A DNA stretch of 64,000 nucleotides from Nanobdellota archaeon (GTDB lineage Archaea; Nanobdellota; Nanobdellia; Woesearchaeales; GW2011-AR4): positions 1 through 64,000 of the forward strand of contig JBBSWH010000011.1 of assembly GCA_038046385.1 (NCBI GenBank), in the 5' to 3' direction. Shown here piece by piece: positions 19,792 through 30,045 of this stretch. Below the pieces are notes generated by a model, which was not told where the DNA came from, did no database searches, and saw only the letters and a list, made by a program, of their open reading frames with translations. Both the position numbers and the translations under genes were made by a program. The first letter of the stretch is position 1. Every line of letters begins with the position of its first letter.

Positions 19792-20847
19792 TCAGATTTT
19801 CATTTTTGGATACTCTTTTTTTACGTAATTTTTTGCAAAAGGATACAATGCCCTATGAATAATGTTAAAATTTGATATAGAATAAAGATTATTTTTGACA
19901 AAATTAGCATTCTTAACAATAAATCTATAATTGTTTTTTCCCATTTTTTCCCAGACAAACCGGTTTACAAAGCTCGCTTTTATTTTTTTATTAAACTGTT
20001 TTTTAGCCATTTTTTCATAATCTTTGCCTTCTATAATGCTCTGTGCAGCGAGATACCCTGATTTTATAGCAGACCTTATCCCAAATCCCCACAGAAAATC
20101 CTGCAAGCCGGTAGCCTCTCCAACATAAAGGGATTTTCCGTCCTTAAAAGTCGGTTTTAGCCGTATGCTTCCTGTCCCTCCAACTTCTTTTATCGATTCC
20201 ATCTCAATGCCAAAATTTTTTATAAAATAATCTTCAGTTCTTTTGAAATATTCATTTATTTTAGTCATATCCTTGAAAACAAAGGTGCACATGCATCCAT
20301 GACCTTTGGATATAAGAAGATAGGAATAGCCTCTATATGCCAAAGCATCATTAAAAACAATAACTGCCATATCCTTGCTTTTAGTTTTGAACATGATTCC
20401 TTTGTCAACAGCAGGAGCTTCGCTGAATATTGGTCCGGTTGCTATTATATCTACTTCAGATTTTTGCAGAGTCCTTTCAAAATTTATTTTTACTCCTGAT
20501 TTTATTGCTTGCTCTTTTAATCCAAGGTCAAGGCTTCCTTCAAAACACCCTCTTTTTACAAGATAATATATAGGGCGATAATTCGCAACTTCTTTTAAGT
20601 CAACACAGTTGGTTATTGAAAACTTGTTGAAAGCATCACATTGGAAATTTATTTCTATCCCTATTTTTTTAAGCTCTTCAACCACATCTTTTTTCTCTGA
20701 CCAGTTTTCAAGCCCCTGCAAGTCTCCATGAAACCTCATGCCGCAGTCTTTGTTTTTTTCAAATACTTCAACTAAATGCCCCGATTTAGCCAGCACTATA
20801 GCGGCAGTAAGTCCAGCAATCCCAGCTCCGAGTATTTTGATTGTCAT
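19792..20847 (-). CDS. FAD-dependent oxidoreductase (geranylgeranyl-reductase-like)
   Basis: ILGAGIAGL, VFEK, YVGEATG.QD..WGFGIR.AI.SG. Confidence 0.8.
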   Translation of the reverse strand: MTIKILGAGIAGLTAAIVLAKSGHLVEVFEKNKDCGMRFHGDLQGLENWSEKKDVVEELKKIGIEINFQCDAFNKFSITNCVDLKEVANYRPIYYLVKRGCFEGSLDLGLKEQAIKSGVKINFERTLQKSEVDIIATGPIFSEAPAVDKGIMFKTKSKDMAVIVFNDALAYRGYSYLLISKGHGCMCTFVFKDMTKINEYFKRTEDYFIKNFGIEMESIKEVGGTGSIRLKPTFKDGKSLYVGEATGLQDFLWGFGIRSAIKSGYLAAQSIIEGKDYEKMAKKQFNKKIKASFVNRFVWEKMGKNNYRFIVKNANFVKNNLYSISNFNIIHRALYPFAKNYVKKEYPKMKI

Positions 20848-20940
20848 ACACTAAACAGAAATCAGCTGGTATTTATTAGTTATGCATCGCAACCTTTATT
20901 AACCGTCATTTTTTCTTAAACTCTTTAGTGGGGCGTATTA

Positions 20941-21882
20941 ATGAATAAGGAAAACAATCAGAAAAAAAGCATAAAACAGACTATTCTGGAAATATACGAC
21001 AAAAAGTACAAGACACTATTTATAATTCCAATTCTCATCCTGATATTCTCTGTTGCGCAGATAATCTATCAGGTGCAGACAACAGGAGATTTCATCATAA
21101 GGGATGTTTCTTTGAAAGGGGGCGTTACAGTAACTGTCCCTTACGAAAACAGCCTAGACACAGATGCAATAGAAAATTTAATCTTAAAAGATTTTCCGAA
21201 CAATGAAATTGTTGTAAGAAGCCTAAGAAGCTCAGGCAATTCAATCGGCATAATAGTTGAAGCGGACATAGACGGCACCAACAAGGAGCAGGTGCAAAAA
21301 TTCCTCGGCTCAATCGGCTCATCAATCAATCAGGACTTGAGCAAGATAGATTACGGAATTGAAATTATAGGGTCCTCATTGGGTGCAAGCTTCTTCAAAG
21401 AGTCATTGATTGCATTGGCAGTTGCATTCTTTTTCATGGGGCTTGTTGTAATGATATACTTCAGGACATTTGTTCCAAGCATGGCAATAATAATAGCCGC
21501 CTTTTCAGATATGGTTTTTGCCTTGGCAATGTCCAATCTTATGGGAATGAGGATAGGGACAGCCGGAATTGCTGCATTTTTGATGCTGATAGGATATTCC
21601 GTTGACACAGACATACTCCTGACAGTAAGAGTCCTGAAAAGAAAAGAAGGGACTATAATGGACAGGATTTACGGCGCAATAAAAACAGGAATGACAGAGA
21701 CAATGACTGCAGTAGTTGCTGTTGTTGTGGCACTTATAGTCACCCAGTCTGAAGTAATCAGCCAGATAATGATTATACTTCTTTTTGGATTGATAGCAGA
21801 CATCTTCAATACATGGATACAGAATGTCGGATTTTTAAGAATGCACGTTGAAAAACAGGCGAAAAAGGGTATAATAATATGA
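20941..21882 (+). CDS. secF: Protein translocase subunit SecF
   Basis: SLKGG, IGSSLG, AAFLMLIGYSVDTDILLT.RVLKR. Confidence 0.93.
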   Translation: MNKENNQKKSIKQTILEIYDKKYKTLFIIPILILIFSVAQIIYQVQTTGDFIIRDVSLKGGVTVTVPYENSLDTDAIENLILKDFPNNEIVVRSLRSSGNSIGIIVEADIDGTNKEQVQKFLGSIGSSINQDLSKIDYGIEIIGSSLGASFFKESLIALAVAFFFMGLVVMIYFRTFVPSMAIIIAAFSDMVFALAMSNLMGMRIGTAGIAAFLMLIGYSVDTDILLTVRVLKRKEGTIMDRIYGAIKTGMTETMTAVVAVVVALIVTQSEVISQIMIILLFGLIADIFNTWIQNVGFLRMHVEKQAKKGIII

Positions 21883-23468
21883 ACTATAAAGTAAAGAAAC
21901 TGCTCACAAGCTGGAGAGTAATCATACTTGCGCTATTCCTGATAATATCAGTTGTTGCAATCAACCCTACATTAAGCGAAGGAGTTGCCATAAGGAGCGT
22001 TGCAGTCAACAGCTCAGCAAATGAAGCAGGCATTCTTCAGCCAAAGCCAAACATACAGCCGGTGCAAAGAGAGCGAATCCTTTCTATAAACAACAGGCCA
22101 ATTGAAAATATTGATGATTATTACAGTGTATTATCCTCTTTTAGCCCAAACAGGACATTCCAGATAAAGACCACAAAAGGCGCTTATAAGATTACAACAA
22201 GGCAGGCTGCAGACGGAACTGCAGAGGATATTGGGCTAAGGGTTTACCCGTCTCCCACAACCAACATAAGAAAAGGATTGGACTTGCAGGGCGGAACAAG
22301 GGTTCTTCTGCAGCCGGAAACAAAGCTCAACCAGTATGATCTTTCAATTCTTATTGACAGCATGAAAGAGCGCCTTAATGTGTATGGCTTAAGCGATCTT
22401 GTAGTCCGTGATGCAAACGATCTTGTGGGCAACCAGTATATTGTGGTTGAGATTGCAGGCGCGACCGAGGATGAGATAAAAGACCTTCTTGCAAAGCAGG
22501 GAAAATTCGAGGCAAAAATAGGCAATGCTACTGTTTTCAGGGGGGGCCAGGATATTGTTTATGTTGCAAGAAGCGCCAACGAAGCGGGCATTGATCCTAA
22601 CGCAGGCTGCTCAAAATCAGGTTCAGAGTGGTTCTGCAGATTTAGATTTTCAATAACCTTAAGCCAGGATGCTGCGCAGAAACAAGCGTTAGCAACAGGC
22701 GAATTAAATATATTTTCAGATTCTGCAAGCGGAAGAAGCGATTATCTTGACAAGCCATTGGAGCTTTATCTTGACGATAAAAAAGTAGATGAGCTTAATA
22801 TAGCAGCCGATTTGAAAGGCCAGGCTGTTACTCAGATTGCAATTTCAGGATCCGGCACAGGGCCAAGCCAGCAGGAAGCAATATACAGCTCACTGAACAA
22901 CATGAAAAGGCTTCAGACAATTCTCATAACAGGCTCGCTTCCGGTCAAGCTGAACATAGTAAAAATAGACGCAATATCCCCTGTTCTTGGAGAAGGATTC
23001 GTAAATAACGCAATACTCATGTCATTGCTGGCAATGCTTTCAGTTGCAGTAGTCCTTGCAATAAGATATAGGAGCCTAATGATATCAGTGCCTATTTTGA
23101 TAACAATGCTTTCAGAAGTTTTGATACTTCTTGGTGTTGCTGCAATCATGAAGCAGAACATGGATATGGCCGCTATAGCCGGAATTCTCGTTGCAATCGG
23201 CACCGGTGTTGACGATCAGATTGTCATAACAGACGAGACCCTTAAAGGCGAAACATCAACAGCATACAACTGGAAAGAAAAAGTAAAAAGGGCATTTGCA
23301 ATAATAATGCTGGCATACCTTACAGTTGTTGTCGCAATGATTCCATTGATATTTGCAGGAGCCGGATTACTGAAGGGATTTGCAATAACAACAATAGTAG
23401 GGGTGACAATCGGAGTTTTCATAACAAGGCCGGCATACTCTTCATTTGTAGAGATAATGCTCAAATAA
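21879..23468 (+). CDS. secD: Protein translocase subunit SecD
   Basis: KGLDLQGG, RLNVYGL, QGKFEA, GSLPV, AIAGIL.AIGTGVDDQIVI, KGFA, TRPAY. Confidence 0.94.
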   Translation: MNYKVKKLLTSWRVIILALFLIISVVAINPTLSEGVAIRSVAVNSSANEAGILQPKPNIQPVQRERILSINNRPIENIDDYYSVLSSFSPNRTFQIKTTKGAYKITTRQAADGTAEDIGLRVYPSPTTNIRKGLDLQGGTRVLLQPETKLNQYDLSILIDSMKERLNVYGLSDLVVRDANDLVGNQYIVVEIAGATEDEIKDLLAKQGKFEAKIGNATVFRGGQDIVYVARSANEAGIDPNAGCSKSGSEWFCRFRFSITLSQDAAQKQALATGELNIFSDSASGRSDYLDKPLELYLDDKKVDELNIAADLKGQAVTQIAISGSGTGPSQQEAIYSSLNNMKRLQTILITGSLPVKLNIVKIDAISPVLGEGFVNNAILMSLLAMLSVAVVLAIRYRSLMISVPILITMLSEVLILLGVAAIMKQNMDMAAIAGILVAIGTGVDDQIVITDETLKGETSTAYNWKEKVKRAFAIIMLAYLTVVVAMIPLIFAGAGLLKGFAITTIVGVTIGVFITRPAYSSFVEIMLK

Positions 23469-23480
23469 TCAAAACAAAAA

Positions 23481-23855
23481 ATGGCAACTAAACTATGGGC
23501 AGCGCTTCTTGTTCTGTTCACAACTCTGCTGACTTCATCTGCCCAACTCCTTTACAAGCTTGGCTCCAACAGCCTCGAGCCTTCTATTATCGGGATACTC
23601 ACTAATTATTACCTCATTGGCGGAGTTTTGCTTTATGTTGTCGGAGGGACTTTGCTGATAATCTCCTTAAGGGGCGGAGAAGTTTCTGTTTTATACCCTC
23701 TGATTGCAGCAAGCTACATCTGGGTCAGTTTAATGTCTATTCATTTTCTTAATGAAACTATGAATCCGTGGAAATGGGCAGGCATATTTGTAATCATTGC
23801 AGGAATATCCTGCATAGGCTACGGAACAAAAGAAAAAAAAGCGGTGCTGTCATGA
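23481..23855 (+). CDS. EamA/SMR-like 4-TM transporter subunit
   Basis: AQLLYKLG, GEVSVLYP, LNE.M...KW.GI. Confidence 0.85.
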   Translation: MATKLWAALLVLFTTLLTSSAQLLYKLGSNSLEPSIIGILTNYYLIGGVLLYVVGGTLLIISLRGGEVSVLYPLIAASYIWVSLMSIHFLNETMNPWKWAGIFVIIAGISCIGYGTKEKKAVLS

Positions 23856-24205
23856 CAACGCAGCTCTGGGCAATCGGACTTGTAATTCTTGCAACTTTGA
23901 TAGGCGCATTCGGCCCAATCCTGCTAAAAAAAGCATCCGCCAAAAAACTTTCAAGCCTAACTTCCTTAATGTCAAATTACCATCTTTTTGGCGGAGTTGC
24001 GCTGTATGCAATCGGAACTTTGCTTTTCATACCTGCGCTTAAAGGCGGAGAGCTTTCAGTTCTTTATCCGTTTGTTGCTCTTAATTATATCTGGGTAAGC
24101 TTCCTGAGCACAAAATTCCTCGGAGAAAAAATGAATAAGTTCAAGTGGCTTGGCATATTCCTGATAATAGTCGGCGTGTCTTTCATAGGGCTTGGAAGCA
24201 ATTAG
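23852..24205 (+). CDS. EamA/SMR-like 4-TM transporter subunit (paralogue, likely heterodimer partner)
   Basis: Start re-called at MTTQLW (ATGA overlap); GELSVLYP, LGEKMNKFKWLGI. Confidence 0.85.
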   Translation: MTTQLWAIGLVILATLIGAFGPILLKKASAKKLSSLTSLMSNYHLFGGVALYAIGTLLFIPALKGGELSVLYPFVALNYIWVSFLSTKFLGEKMNKFKWLGIFLIIVGVSFIGLGSN

Positions 24206-24240
24206 AAAATTTTTTATACCAGGCAAACACAGGTATCCAA

Positions 24241-24918
24241 ATGCAAAAAACATTTATTATATCCTTGGGGGGATCATTGATTGTTCCTGATAAAATAGAC
24301 GCTGATTTTCTTAACATGTTTAAAATTCTCATAGAAAAATATTCAAAAAAGGGATTCAGGTTTGTAATCATCTGCGGCGGCGGAAAGCTTGCAAGAAACC
24401 TGCAGACAGCTGCGTCAAAAGTCACAAAGCTAAGCAATAAAGAACTGGACTTGCTGGGAATTCATGCAACAAAATTAAATGCATCCTTATTAAGGCACAT
24501 TTTTGGAAAAAATGCGCACGATACAGTAATATTTAACCCAAATGACAGAATAAAAACAAAAAAAAGCATAATAATCGCATCCGGCTGGCTTCCCGGATGG
24601 AGCACCGACTTTGATGCAGTCCTTCTTGCTAAGAATTTCAAAATAAGCAGTGTTGTCAACATGAGCAACGTCGATTATGTTTACGATAAAGACCCGAGAA
24701 AATTCAAGAATGCAAAAAAAATAGAGCACATGACGTGGGACAGTATGTCTGGGCTTATAGGCACAAAGTGGAAAGCAGGCATGAATGCTCCGTTTGACCC
24801 GATTGCAGCCAAAAAAGCAAAAAAATTAAAGATAAGAGTTAACATTATAGGAAAGGATTTAAAGAACCTTGAACAGCTTCTGAATGGCAGAAAATTCAAG
24901 GGGACAATCATCGAATAA
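24241..24918 (+). CDS. pyrH: UMP kinase (archaeal type)
   Basis: IISLGGS, GGGKLAR, D.LGI.AT.LNA, PGWSTDFDAV, NVDYVYDKDP, PFDP. Confidence 0.94.
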   Translation: MQKTFIISLGGSLIVPDKIDADFLNMFKILIEKYSKKGFRFVIICGGGKLARNLQTAASKVTKLSNKELDLLGIHATKLNASLLRHIFGKNAHDTVIFNPNDRIKTKKSIIIASGWLPGWSTDFDAVLLAKNFKISSVVNMSNVDYVYDKDPRKFKNAKKIEHMTWDSMSGLIGTKWKAGMNAPFDPIAAKKAKKLKIRVNIIGKDLKNLEQLLNGRKFKGTIIE

Positions 24919-24919
24919 A

Positions 24920-25168
24920 ATGGAAGAAGAATACAATTGGGAGTTGATAATGAAAGTATCCTTGCCAGTTTCAATCCTTGTAGGCTATGTTTTTTACACC
25001 AACGTAGGAAATTTCTGGAAGTGGCTTGCGCTTGTCTCAGGAGCTGCAATAGCTGCTGGAATTGTGTATTCAAAAAACAAAAGAAAAGGGAATGTGTTTA
25101 CTGCAGCTGCTATTGTGTTTCTTGTCGCGCTTGTTGTAAGATTTTCTAAAGCGTGGGGATTTATCTGA
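24920..25168 (+). CDS. Small 3-TM membrane protein
   Basis: ATG 1 nt after the pyrH stop; hydrophobic segments. Confidence 0.7.
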   Translation: MEEEYNWELIMKVSLPVSILVGYVFYTNVGNFWKWLALVSGAAIAAGIVYSKNKRKGNVFTAAAIVFLVALVVRFSKAWGFI

Positions 25169-25233
25169 AATTTATTTCTTAATAAAGACGGTAAACTTTA
25201 AAAAGTATCAAACGTTAGTTAAGGTGATTTAAT

Positions 25234-25638
25234 ATGAATAAACCGCCATTATACGATATTGTTGACAAATTGTATCATGGAGTCATGGACAAAATGCCCC
25301 AAGCACTGCAAGATAGGGGGGAAGCTATGGCTTTTTTGCTTGGTGCAGGGGGAATTTATGGCGTTGTTAAGGGATTGCAGTGGACTTCCAGAAACGCAAT
25401 GAACAAGCTAATCCCAAATTTTGATGAAAAATGGCTGCCGGCATTGGAAAAGATATGTATTGCTGGAATGGCTTCTGCTCCAATTATATATGCTATGGCA
25501 GACCCAGACGGCGCAAGAGATATTATGACGCAGCATCCGACTTATACTTCCGGCATGGCTGGAGTTTATGTTGGAAGCATTGTCGGCGCAGTTCAGGATT
25601 TAGTGAAGCGTTCAAAACAGAAATTATACAAAAAATAA
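25234..25638 (+). CDS. Hypothetical protein with hydrophobic segments
   Basis: ORF with GGTGAT RBS. Confidence 0.65.
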   Translation: MNKPPLYDIVDKLYHGVMDKMPQALQDRGEAMAFLLGAGGIYGVVKGLQWTSRNAMNKLIPNFDEKWLPALEKICIAGMASAPIIYAMADPDGARDIMTQHPTYTSGMAGVYVGSIVGAVQDLVKRSKQKLYKK

Positions 25639-25643
25639 TTTTT

Positions 25644-26171
25644 CTAAATATAATCCTTTATCTCGTGCTTCCATTGCTCGTGAATTAACCATAAAACAAG
25701 TATAATCGCGTCAAACCCCGCAAGAACATCCTGCGGGAAAGGATGCGGGCAGAATCCCAGCGGGAAAGAAGGTATGAAATTCAGATATCCGTCCCCTGAA
25801 AGCGAGCAGTCAAGGAGTATGTGCATGAACCATCCAAAAGACATTGCAAGGAAAAACATAACAATAGCAACTTTTGGCACTTTCCACCTGATAATTTTGT
25901 AGCTTTCTTTCCTTAAAGATAAAAACAGTATAGCAGCTGAAAAAAATATTATTGAATATGATAAAGAATGCGTGAAAAGCCTGTGGAAATTGTAGCTTGT
26001 CCCGAGAACAGCGTTCACAATCCATCCGGCAGGAATGTCCATGTCAGGAAGAAGTCCGGCAATCCCTGCAATAAGAACATAAATCATCGGGAATTTCTTT
26101 TTTGCAAAGTAGTCCCTGTAAATGTCTGCTATGACAATTGTCAATATTACGTGTGTTACTGCGTATGGCAT
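25644..26171 (-). CDS. Membrane metal-dependent hydrolase (YdjM-like)
   Basis: VTH, LLPDMD, HRLFTHS, HILLD. Confidence 0.88.
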   Translation of the reverse strand: MPYAVTHVILTIVIADIYRDYFAKKKFPMIYVLIAGIAGLLPDMDIPAGWIVNAVLGTSYNFHRLFTHSLSYSIIFFSAAILFLSLRKESYKIIRWKVPKVAIVMFFLAMSFGWFMHILLDCSLSGDGYLNFIPSFPLGFCPHPFPQDVLAGFDAIILVLWLIHEQWKHEIKDYI

Positions 26172-26295
26172 TTTGTTTTATTTATTTTTTCTTAAATTAT
26201 AATTTTTTATATATTTTTTGTGCCATCGGAGATGGTACATTTTTGATGAAACTTTTTGCGAAAAAGTTTCCCGCTGTCAACTCGCGGAAGGGTTG

Positions 26296-27978
26296 TTACC
26301 AGTGTTTCATTCTTTCCCTGACTATTGAAATAAATAAAATAAAAACAAAAAAAGAAGCGAAAACAAAGCTGACAAACGAAAGAATAGGTATCCCCATTAC
26401 AGTCGGACCTTTTTCTACATTCATCAGTATTGCCGAAGTGATGAGGAGCGCTGCTATTAATAAGCCGTAAGCAACCCTGTTGCTGCTCCTGTCCAGTTCA
26501 AGCGCAAGCTTTTTTATGTCGGTGTCGTTTATGTCTACTTTTATAGTCCCTCTTTGTATCTTGTCAAGCGCCTTTTCCGCCTTTTCCGGAAATTCTTCTG
26601 CAAATTTCTTGTAGCGGTGCATGCTGTGCGCAAAGCTTTTCATCACATACATCGGATTTGAGCGTTTTGCAATCAGCTTCTCCATGAATGGCTTTGAGTT
26701 TTCAAGAAGCTTGAAATCAGGATCATACTCAAGCGCAATTCCCTCAAGAGTTATTATTGTTTTGCCGAAGAGCACAAAAGGCGCGGGAACTTTTATCTGG
26801 TGCCTTAATCCGATATCAAGAACTTCCTCAATAACTCTGCTTATCTTTATGTCTTTCATCTGGGAGTCTTTCAGAGGCTGCATCACAAACCCTATGTCTG
26901 ATTTAAGCTGCTCATAATCTGTATCGCTCTCCATCCCCATGCTGATCATTGTTTCAAGTATGGTTTCCTCATCCTGCATCACAGTGCCATAAAACAGATC
27001 AATACACTTGCTTTTGAGCTTCTCATCAAAATATCCTACAATTCCGAAGTCAACAAAAGCAATTTTATTGTCTTTTAGCGCAAGAATGTTTCCGGGATGT
27101 GGATCTGCATGGAATATTCCGTCAATGAAAACCTGCTTTAAAATAGCATCAAACCCGTTTTTCATCAAAATACCAAAGTCAAGATTTTTTTTCTTGATTC
27201 CTTCTATGTCATGCAGTTCAATTCCGTCAATGTACTCCATCGTAAGCACTTTATCATTTGAAAATTCGTCGTATATCTTTGGTATCTTAACAGTATTGCT
27301 TTCTTTGAAATTCTGCAAAAACCTTTTTGCATTCCTTGCTTCAAGCTTGAAATCAATTTCCCTTTCTGTCCAGTCCTTGAATTCAGCTACAATCTTGCTT
27401 GGCTTGAACCTGCGCAGGCTTTCAACTTCCTTCTCCAGAAGCCCTGCAAAATACGACATTATTTCTATGTCTGTTTCCATCATCTTCCTTATTCCCGGAC
27501 GCTGAACCTTGACTGCAACAATCTCTCCTGTTTTCAACGTTCCTTTATGCACCTGGCTTATTGACGCTGATGCAATTGGCTTTTTTTCAAGCTGAGAAAA
27601 AACTTCATCAAGCTTCTTTCCAAGATTTTCTTCTATTATCTGCCTGACTTCATTGAAAGAAAACTGCTCAACATGGTCCTGCAGCTTCTCAAGCTCTTTT
27701 GCATATTCTTTTGGCACTAAATCAGGCCTTACACTAAGAAGCTGGCCGAACTTAACAAATGTCGGGCCGAGCCTTTCAAGTGTTTTTCTAAGCATAACCT
27801 CTGGTTTAATATTCTCTTTGGCATTGCGGGGCTTCAGCTTGCTGGTAAACGGTATCTTGTTGCTTAATCCGAGCTTCCCTATAAGAAAATCAAAACCCTC
27901 TTCAAATAGAACTACAAGTATCTCGTTAAACCGCTTTATATCTCGCACCTCTTTTATTATCTGAAACATCCTATCCAA
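26296..27978 (-). CDS. AarF/UbiB/ABC1 family atypical kinase
   Basis: LGPTFVKFGQLLSVRPD, ASASISQVH, VAVKVQRP, FHADPHPGN, DFGIVG, C-terminal TMs. Confidence 0.93.
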   Translation of the reverse strand: MDRMFQIIKEVRDIKRFNEILVVLFEEGFDFLIGKLGLSNKIPFTSKLKPRNAKENIKPEVMLRKTLERLGPTFVKFGQLLSVRPDLVPKEYAKELEKLQDHVEQFSFNEVRQIIEENLGKKLDEVFSQLEKKPIASASISQVHKGTLKTGEIVAVKVQRPGIRKMMETDIEIMSYFAGLLEKEVESLRRFKPSKIVAEFKDWTEREIDFKLEARNAKRFLQNFKESNTVKIPKIYDEFSNDKVLTMEYIDGIELHDIEGIKKKNLDFGILMKNGFDAILKQVFIDGIFHADPHPGNILALKDNKIAFVDFGIVGYFDEKLKSKCIDLFYGTVMQDEETILETMISMGMESDTDYEQLKSDIGFVMQPLKDSQMKDIKISRVIEEVLDIGLRHQIKVPAPFVLFGKTIITLEGIALEYDPDFKLLENSKPFMEKLIAKRSNPMYVMKSFAHSMHRYKKFAEEFPEKAEKALDKIQRGTIKVDINDTDIKKLALELDRSSNRVAYGLLIAALLITSAILMNVEKGPTVMGIPILSFVSFVFASFFVFILFISIVRERMKHW

Positions 27979-28273
27979 TCTCTTTTTTTATCCAGTTAAG
28001 ATACTCTTTGTTTGCGCCAGCATTAATCTTAAGTATGCACGGTATTTCATACGAATGCATCCTTTTTATCTCATTTTCAGCCTTCTTTAAATTCTTATTG
28101 ATTGTCTTTGCAATCAAAACAGTTTCTTTGCTTTTTGTGATTTTTCCTTTCCAAAGATACACACTTTCCACAGGGAATATGTTTGCGCAGGCTATTAATT
28201 TTTTCTTCAGAAGATAAAATGATATTTTCTCAGCTTCTTTGCTGTTTTTGCATGTAACATAAACCAGTATCAT
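27971..28273 (-). CDS. cutA: Divalent-cation tolerance protein CutA
   Basis: VYVTC, LIACANIFP.ESVYLWKG, HSYEIPCI. Confidence 0.92.
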   Translation of the reverse strand: MILVYVTCKNSKEAEKISFYLLKKKLIACANIFPVESVYLWKGKITKSKETVLIAKTINKNLKKAENEIKRMHSYEIPCILKINAGANKEYLNWIKKEIG

Positions 28274-28359
28274 GAATATAAACCCTGCTTTTAGGTTTAT
28301 TAACTTTTGCAATTCAATTCATACTAACATTTAAAAAAGCACATAGGATTCTATAGGTT

Positions 28360-29298
28360 ATGTACATATTTTCCAGCGTAATCGGTGTTTTTGTGTTTGA
28401 TAACCAGTTTAGGATAGATGAAGAAATACAGTTCAACACAGCCAGCGATTACAAAAATAAAGAAGAAGCGGTAAAACAGCTGAAATCAAGGCATGAAAAT
28501 GCCAAAGACCCTGATGAAGCGGCTTTGAACACCATTCTCACACATTTCATGAACAAAAAGTACTATGAAAGATTCTACAGCCAAAACCTGAAGGTTACTA
28601 AACTTGACGTGAAAAATTCAGTCAAGGATGACACCCTGATAATGCAGGCAATAAATTCCATTGATGAGCTTGACCGTTCAATAAACTCGCTTTCAAAAAA
28701 ATTAAGGGAATGGTACGGATTGTACAACCCGGAATTCTCAAAATCCGAGCAGGACCACGAAAAATTTGTAGCAGAAATAATAAAAATCGGAAAAAAGGAG
28801 CTTTTGGACAGAATAAGCGTAAACCCTGGCGATTCAATGGGCGCAGATTTAAGCCAAAGCAACATCGATGCGATAAATAATCTTGCAGAAAAAATAAATT
28901 CTCTGTTCCAGATGAGAAAAGACATGTTTGATTATATCTCCTCTTTGATGGACGGTTTATGCCCGAACATAAAGACAGTCTGCGGCCCATTGGTTGCTGC
29001 AAGGCTTCTTGAGCATGCAGGCTCTTTAAAAAGACTAAGCGAGCTTCCTTCATCAACAATCCAGATACTCGGAGCAGAAACTGCATTGTTCAGGCACATG
29101 AAAACCGGAGCAAGGCCGCCAAGGCACGGAGTAATAGTCCATCACCCTTTGATTGCAAAAGCTGCTGAGAAAATGCACGGAAAGGTAGCAAGATCATTGG
29201 CAGACAAGATAAGCATAGCTGCCAAGATTGATTACTTCAAGGGAGCATTCATAGGAGACAAACTGCTCAAGGAATTAGAAGCAAAATTCGAAAAATAA
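28360..29298 (+). CDS. nop5: C/D box sRNP protein Nop5 (Nop56/58)
   Basis: LREWYGLYNPE, PSSTIQILGAETALF, PPRHG, GKVARSLA.KI.IAAKID. Confidence 0.92.
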   Translation: MYIFSSVIGVFVFDNQFRIDEEIQFNTASDYKNKEEAVKQLKSRHENAKDPDEAALNTILTHFMNKKYYERFYSQNLKVTKLDVKNSVKDDTLIMQAINSIDELDRSINSLSKKLREWYGLYNPEFSKSEQDHEKFVAEIIKIGKKELLDRISVNPGDSMGADLSQSNIDAINNLAEKINSLFQMRKDMFDYISSLMDGLCPNIKTVCGPLVAARLLEHAGSLKRLSELPSSTIQILGAETALFRHMKTGARPPRHGVIVHHPLIAKAAEKMHGKVARSLADKISIAAKIDYFKGAFIGDKLLKELEAKFEK

Positions 29299-29313
29299 AC
29301 AATTTAAACGAAC

Positions 29314-29985
29314 ATGATAACCAAATCAAGAATATTTGAAGTTTATGAATCAACAGATGCAAGAAGAAGATACCTCTATACACAAAGTCTTGTCCCGGGA
29401 AAAAAAGTTTACGGAGAAAAACTATTTACTGAAAACAATATTGAATACAGGCAGTGGGATGTTTCAAGGAGCAAGCTTGCAGCCACAATCCTGAAAGGGA
29501 GCTCCAATGTAGGCATAAGGCAAGGCGATTCTATTCTTTATCTTGGATCTTCAACCGGAACAACAGTAAGCCACGTATCCGATATGGTGGGAAACGATGG
29601 AATCATTTTTGCAGTTGACATTGCGCCAAGAGTGATGCGCGAGCTTGTTTTTTTAAGCCATGCAAGGAAAAACATAGTCCCAGTGCTTGCTGATTCATCT
29701 AAAACCGATATTTTGAAGGAAAGAGTGTCTGCTGTCGATGTTCTTTATCAGGACGTTGCCCAAAAAAATCAAGTTGAAATTTTCCTGAAAAACGCTTCAA
29801 TGTTCCTCAAAGAAGGGGGATATGCTCTGCTTGCGCTAAAGTCAAGAAGCATTGACGTCACAAAGCAGCCAAAGAGAGTATACAAAGAAGTTTTGGAGCA
29901 GCTTGAAAAGCATCTTAAAGTCATAGATTACCGCGAGCTCGACCCATTCCAGAAAGACCATGCGATGTTCATCTGCAAGAAATAA
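29314..29985 (+). CDS. flpA: Fibrillarin-like rRNA/tRNA 2'-O-methyltransferase
   Basis: VYGE, RSKLAA, LYLGSSTGTTVSHVSD, QDVAQ, KSRSIDVT, LDPFQKDH. Confidence 0.96.
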   Translation: MITKSRIFEVYESTDARRRYLYTQSLVPGKKVYGEKLFTENNIEYRQWDVSRSKLAATILKGSSNVGIRQGDSILYLGSSTGTTVSHVSDMVGNDGIIFAVDIAPRVMRELVFLSHARKNIVPVLADSSKTDILKERVSAVDVLYQDVAQKNQVEIFLKNASMFLKEGGYALLALKSRSIDVTKQPKRVYKEVLEQLEKHLKVIDYRELDPFQKDHAMFICKK

Positions 29986-30045
29986 AATATTAATTCTTGT
30001 TTGCAAATAGCAACCTTTATATAATAAAATCCTCTTGAATCCAAT

